Of a stretch of DNA of 64,000 nucleotides, positions 61,338 to 64,000 are shown piece after piece. Both the position numbers and the translations under genes were made by a program. Location: positions 827,607-891,606 of the forward strand of contig QPGO01000005.1 in assembly GCA_008632985.1 (NCBI GenBank), in the 5' to 3' direction. This DNA comes from Psammoneis japonica (lineage: Eukaryota). The notes under the pieces are model-generated. The model did not search any database, was not told the DNA's origin, and saw nothing but the letters and a program-made list of their open reading frames with translations. The first letter of the stretch is position 1; each line of letters starts with the position of its first letter.

Positions 61338-62955
61338 TTAGCGCTTCATAATCTTAATGAAACCCCCGTTCTTGATTTTAGGGAGCATCTTGTTGATGGA
61401 ATACTTGTTCTTAAAGTGTGGAGCGGGAAATGGTTGGTCGTCGTCGGCTGCTACCTCCATTGCCACTTCCTCAAGAGCCTCAGTGCGTCCGTATTGTACC
61501 GGGCTAACTTCTCTCTTCTGCTTCTTTCCAGGCGGGGCTGTTTCGCGATTAAGCATTGTCCTCTTCATAAACTCGTATACACCAAACTGAATGCCAATCA
61601 TGGGGACCACACTAACAAGTCGGGGCGGAAGTCCTCTGTAAAGAGCACTGATGCCCTCTTCTCTACAGATTCGCACAGCACAATCTGCAATTCCCTTGTA
61701 AGGAATGGTTCCAGGCTTTGTCGCCTGCGTGACGAGTCTGGTTTTAATTGTATCCATGGGTATCATAATACAAACGGTGGTTGCACTAGCGATGCATCCC
61801 ATAACGGAGTTCTCAATATCCTTCGCCGGTCGTTTAAACACGCGACGGTGGCCACTCTTTAGCTCCTGGAAAAACGTCCATGTGAGCGCCTGCAATAACA
61901 TGAACAAAAACTAAATCAGTACTCAAGCTACAACAGTTTCCAAATCAAAGCAAGGATGACATTGAAATACTTACATAGCTCGGAATTTTGCCGGCAAGGC
62001 CCGGCCACCACCCAGCATAGTATCCCATAATGCCGCGCTCTCTTGCCAACCCGGTAATGGCCTTTGGAAGGTTCGGATAGTTTCCAGCCATAATGTTGTC
62101 CGTGATCATCATTTGCGGTGTCGATACAATAGAGCAGCAAATAGTGGAAATGGCCGAACTGAGAAAGTCAAGTCCTGGGCCAATCTTGTCGGCTCGTTTG
62201 GCAAGATTTGGATTGCGTTGCACAAGCTTGTCCATGCGGTCTCGTACCATTTCCAAAACAGCAAAATTGATTGCACCATGGGGAACACTCAACAAAAAAT
62301 TAGCACCGGCCCCACGGGTAAGCATACCAAAGTTTTCAGGCTTGGCAAGATTCGAAATTGTCGATTCAGTGTTGGATTGTAGGATGGTCTTCATGGTGTT
62401 GGCAGGATGCATGACAGTTTGAGCGACGCTCCGACTTACAGCACCCGCAACCATATTTTCCCAAAAGAACAAAGGACGAACGTCCAATACTGCACTCCCA
62501 CCTCGTGATGTTGATACTGCTTTTGTCGAATCATCCTGTCTTGAACCATGCTGCTTACTCTCTGACAGTTGCCGCTGATGTTTGCTATTTGTAGCGAAAG
62601 AGCACAGTTCCGCTTGCGTATAGTCATTGCCAGAACCTTCCGTTGATATTCTTCTTCTACCTGAGGCCGTCTCTGTTCGAGTTCCCGAGGTAGACCAGTC
62701 TTCTCCAAAATACTCTCGTCTCGCGTCTATCGCAAATGTCGACGCATGAGCAGCTGGAGGCCTTGTGAAAGGGGATCTGTTCTGTCGGTGCGCTAGAGCT
62801 GAACGGACCCCAACCCCAAAAGGTGCCGATACCTGCTTCCATAAGTCATGCCGTAATCCTGTTGACCCATGGATTACCAACAGGGTTGTCGATAGCCATA
62901 GCAGAACCCACGATCGAACATACTGTCGTTGTGATGGTGAATTGGTACAGAACAT
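61338..62955 (-). CDS. Mitochondrial carrier family protein (SAM-carrier-like), one intron ~61893-61975
   Basis: HPANTMKT, TPQMMITD, IPMDTIKTRL, Y.GI.DC..RI.REEG..ALYRG. Confidence 0.9.
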
Positions 62956-63379
62956 GCTGAAATATGAATCAATGAAAAAGCGGGACTCCTGTCTATCGCT
63001 GTAGTTCCTTTCCTAACTATAGCTGAACTCCGAAGGGACCCTTCTGAACGTCTCTCAAGCTGGTATGAGTGGTAGTTCGTGTGTTTGATGTGTTGCAGCA
63101 CAAGAAAATGTGCGCATCAAGAGCCAATGTCAAAAAAAGTGATGGCGAAGAGAGATCGCAAAAATCGACGAGCTTCGGTTTCTCTCGTGAAAAAGCGGCA
63201 ACGTGGAACCATCCTACGTCTCCTTCATACTGAAACCACGTAGAAATCACTACATAACCAGTTGGATCGTCAGGGTTCTCATGTGACACATTGTGACGTA
63301 CAGAGCAAATGATTGGCTCAATTGATTCACGAGCGTTAACATTTTAGTCTCACTCCACGATCATTGTGAGAACACGGTG

Positions 63380-64000
63380 AACCATGGTGAATGATGATGA
63401 TGGATGCAGGAAATGCATGGCGCCAACAAGAACTGATGGGAAGCAGAGCACTTTCATTGCCTTGGCTTGCTGTTCCACATTCCTTGGTTGCTTGTTTTCT
63501 CCTCTTCTGTGCCAAGAGCCTCGTCTCATGTTTGTTGAGACAGCCCCCTGGCTGAGTGGCTTGCAAATTTGCTGTGCGCCGTCTGACAGGAGCCAGGAAT
63601 TTCTCAAACAAACAAAAGGTCTTGTGGCTCAAAAAGAAGTGGCACAATTTGAAAATTAAAGTTTTTTTTTTGCCCAAGTGCTTGCCACTGAAGTTTTCTT
63701 TTTTTGTCTTTTTTTGTTCGCACATTTTGGGCATTGACCCCCAAGACAAAACAGCCGTGACCCTCGGTGATGGCCACAGCCCCTCAGTGGACCAGTCACA
63801 ACCTGTTTTGGGTCAGGGTCATTGAATCTCATTGCAAACGATGATGAGGTCACACGTGTGCACAAAAATTGCTTCCAAATCAATTGAAATGAAGCCAACA
63901 AAAAAAAACTGTGCAAGATTGTGCTGCTGAAGCTCCTCTTCCACCTGCTGGGCTGCACCCCAAGCTGCTGCTGCCACAACTCAGTCATCACAATGCAAAA
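63380..64000. other. Start of another TpA-depleted domain
   Basis: TA nearly absent (a survivor is in ATTAAA at ~63657); TG/CA-rich. Confidence 0.65.

Overview
Eukaryotic genomic DNA, most likely a pennate diatom (inferred from CoDi-type Copia elements, an HSF, a multi-repeat MYB and short GT-AG introns). Gene islands of normal composition (about 11.4-16.6, 21.3-23.5, 37.3-38.8 and 43.5-63.3 kb; 14 genes called) alternate with repeat domains. The repeat domains hold a nested non-LTR/MITE/Gypsy stack, a full-length Copia element with two N-gaps, a non-autonomous derivative of it, and old unidentifiable debris. The main finding is that the repeat domains have lost almost all TpA dinucleotides through TA->TG and TA->CA changes (A:T->G:C on both strands). 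LTR pairs, tandem-repeat units and conserved Tyr->Cys/His changes in transposon proteins fix the direction as loss of TpA and show it happened after integration. This looks like a repeat-targeted hypermutation system running opposite to fungal RIP. It has sharp domain borders, spared patches and an apparently resistant TAAA/TTTA context. I cannot check whether it has been described before, and all counts were made by eye. Several host genes have frame breaks at short homopolymers, probably consensus errors.
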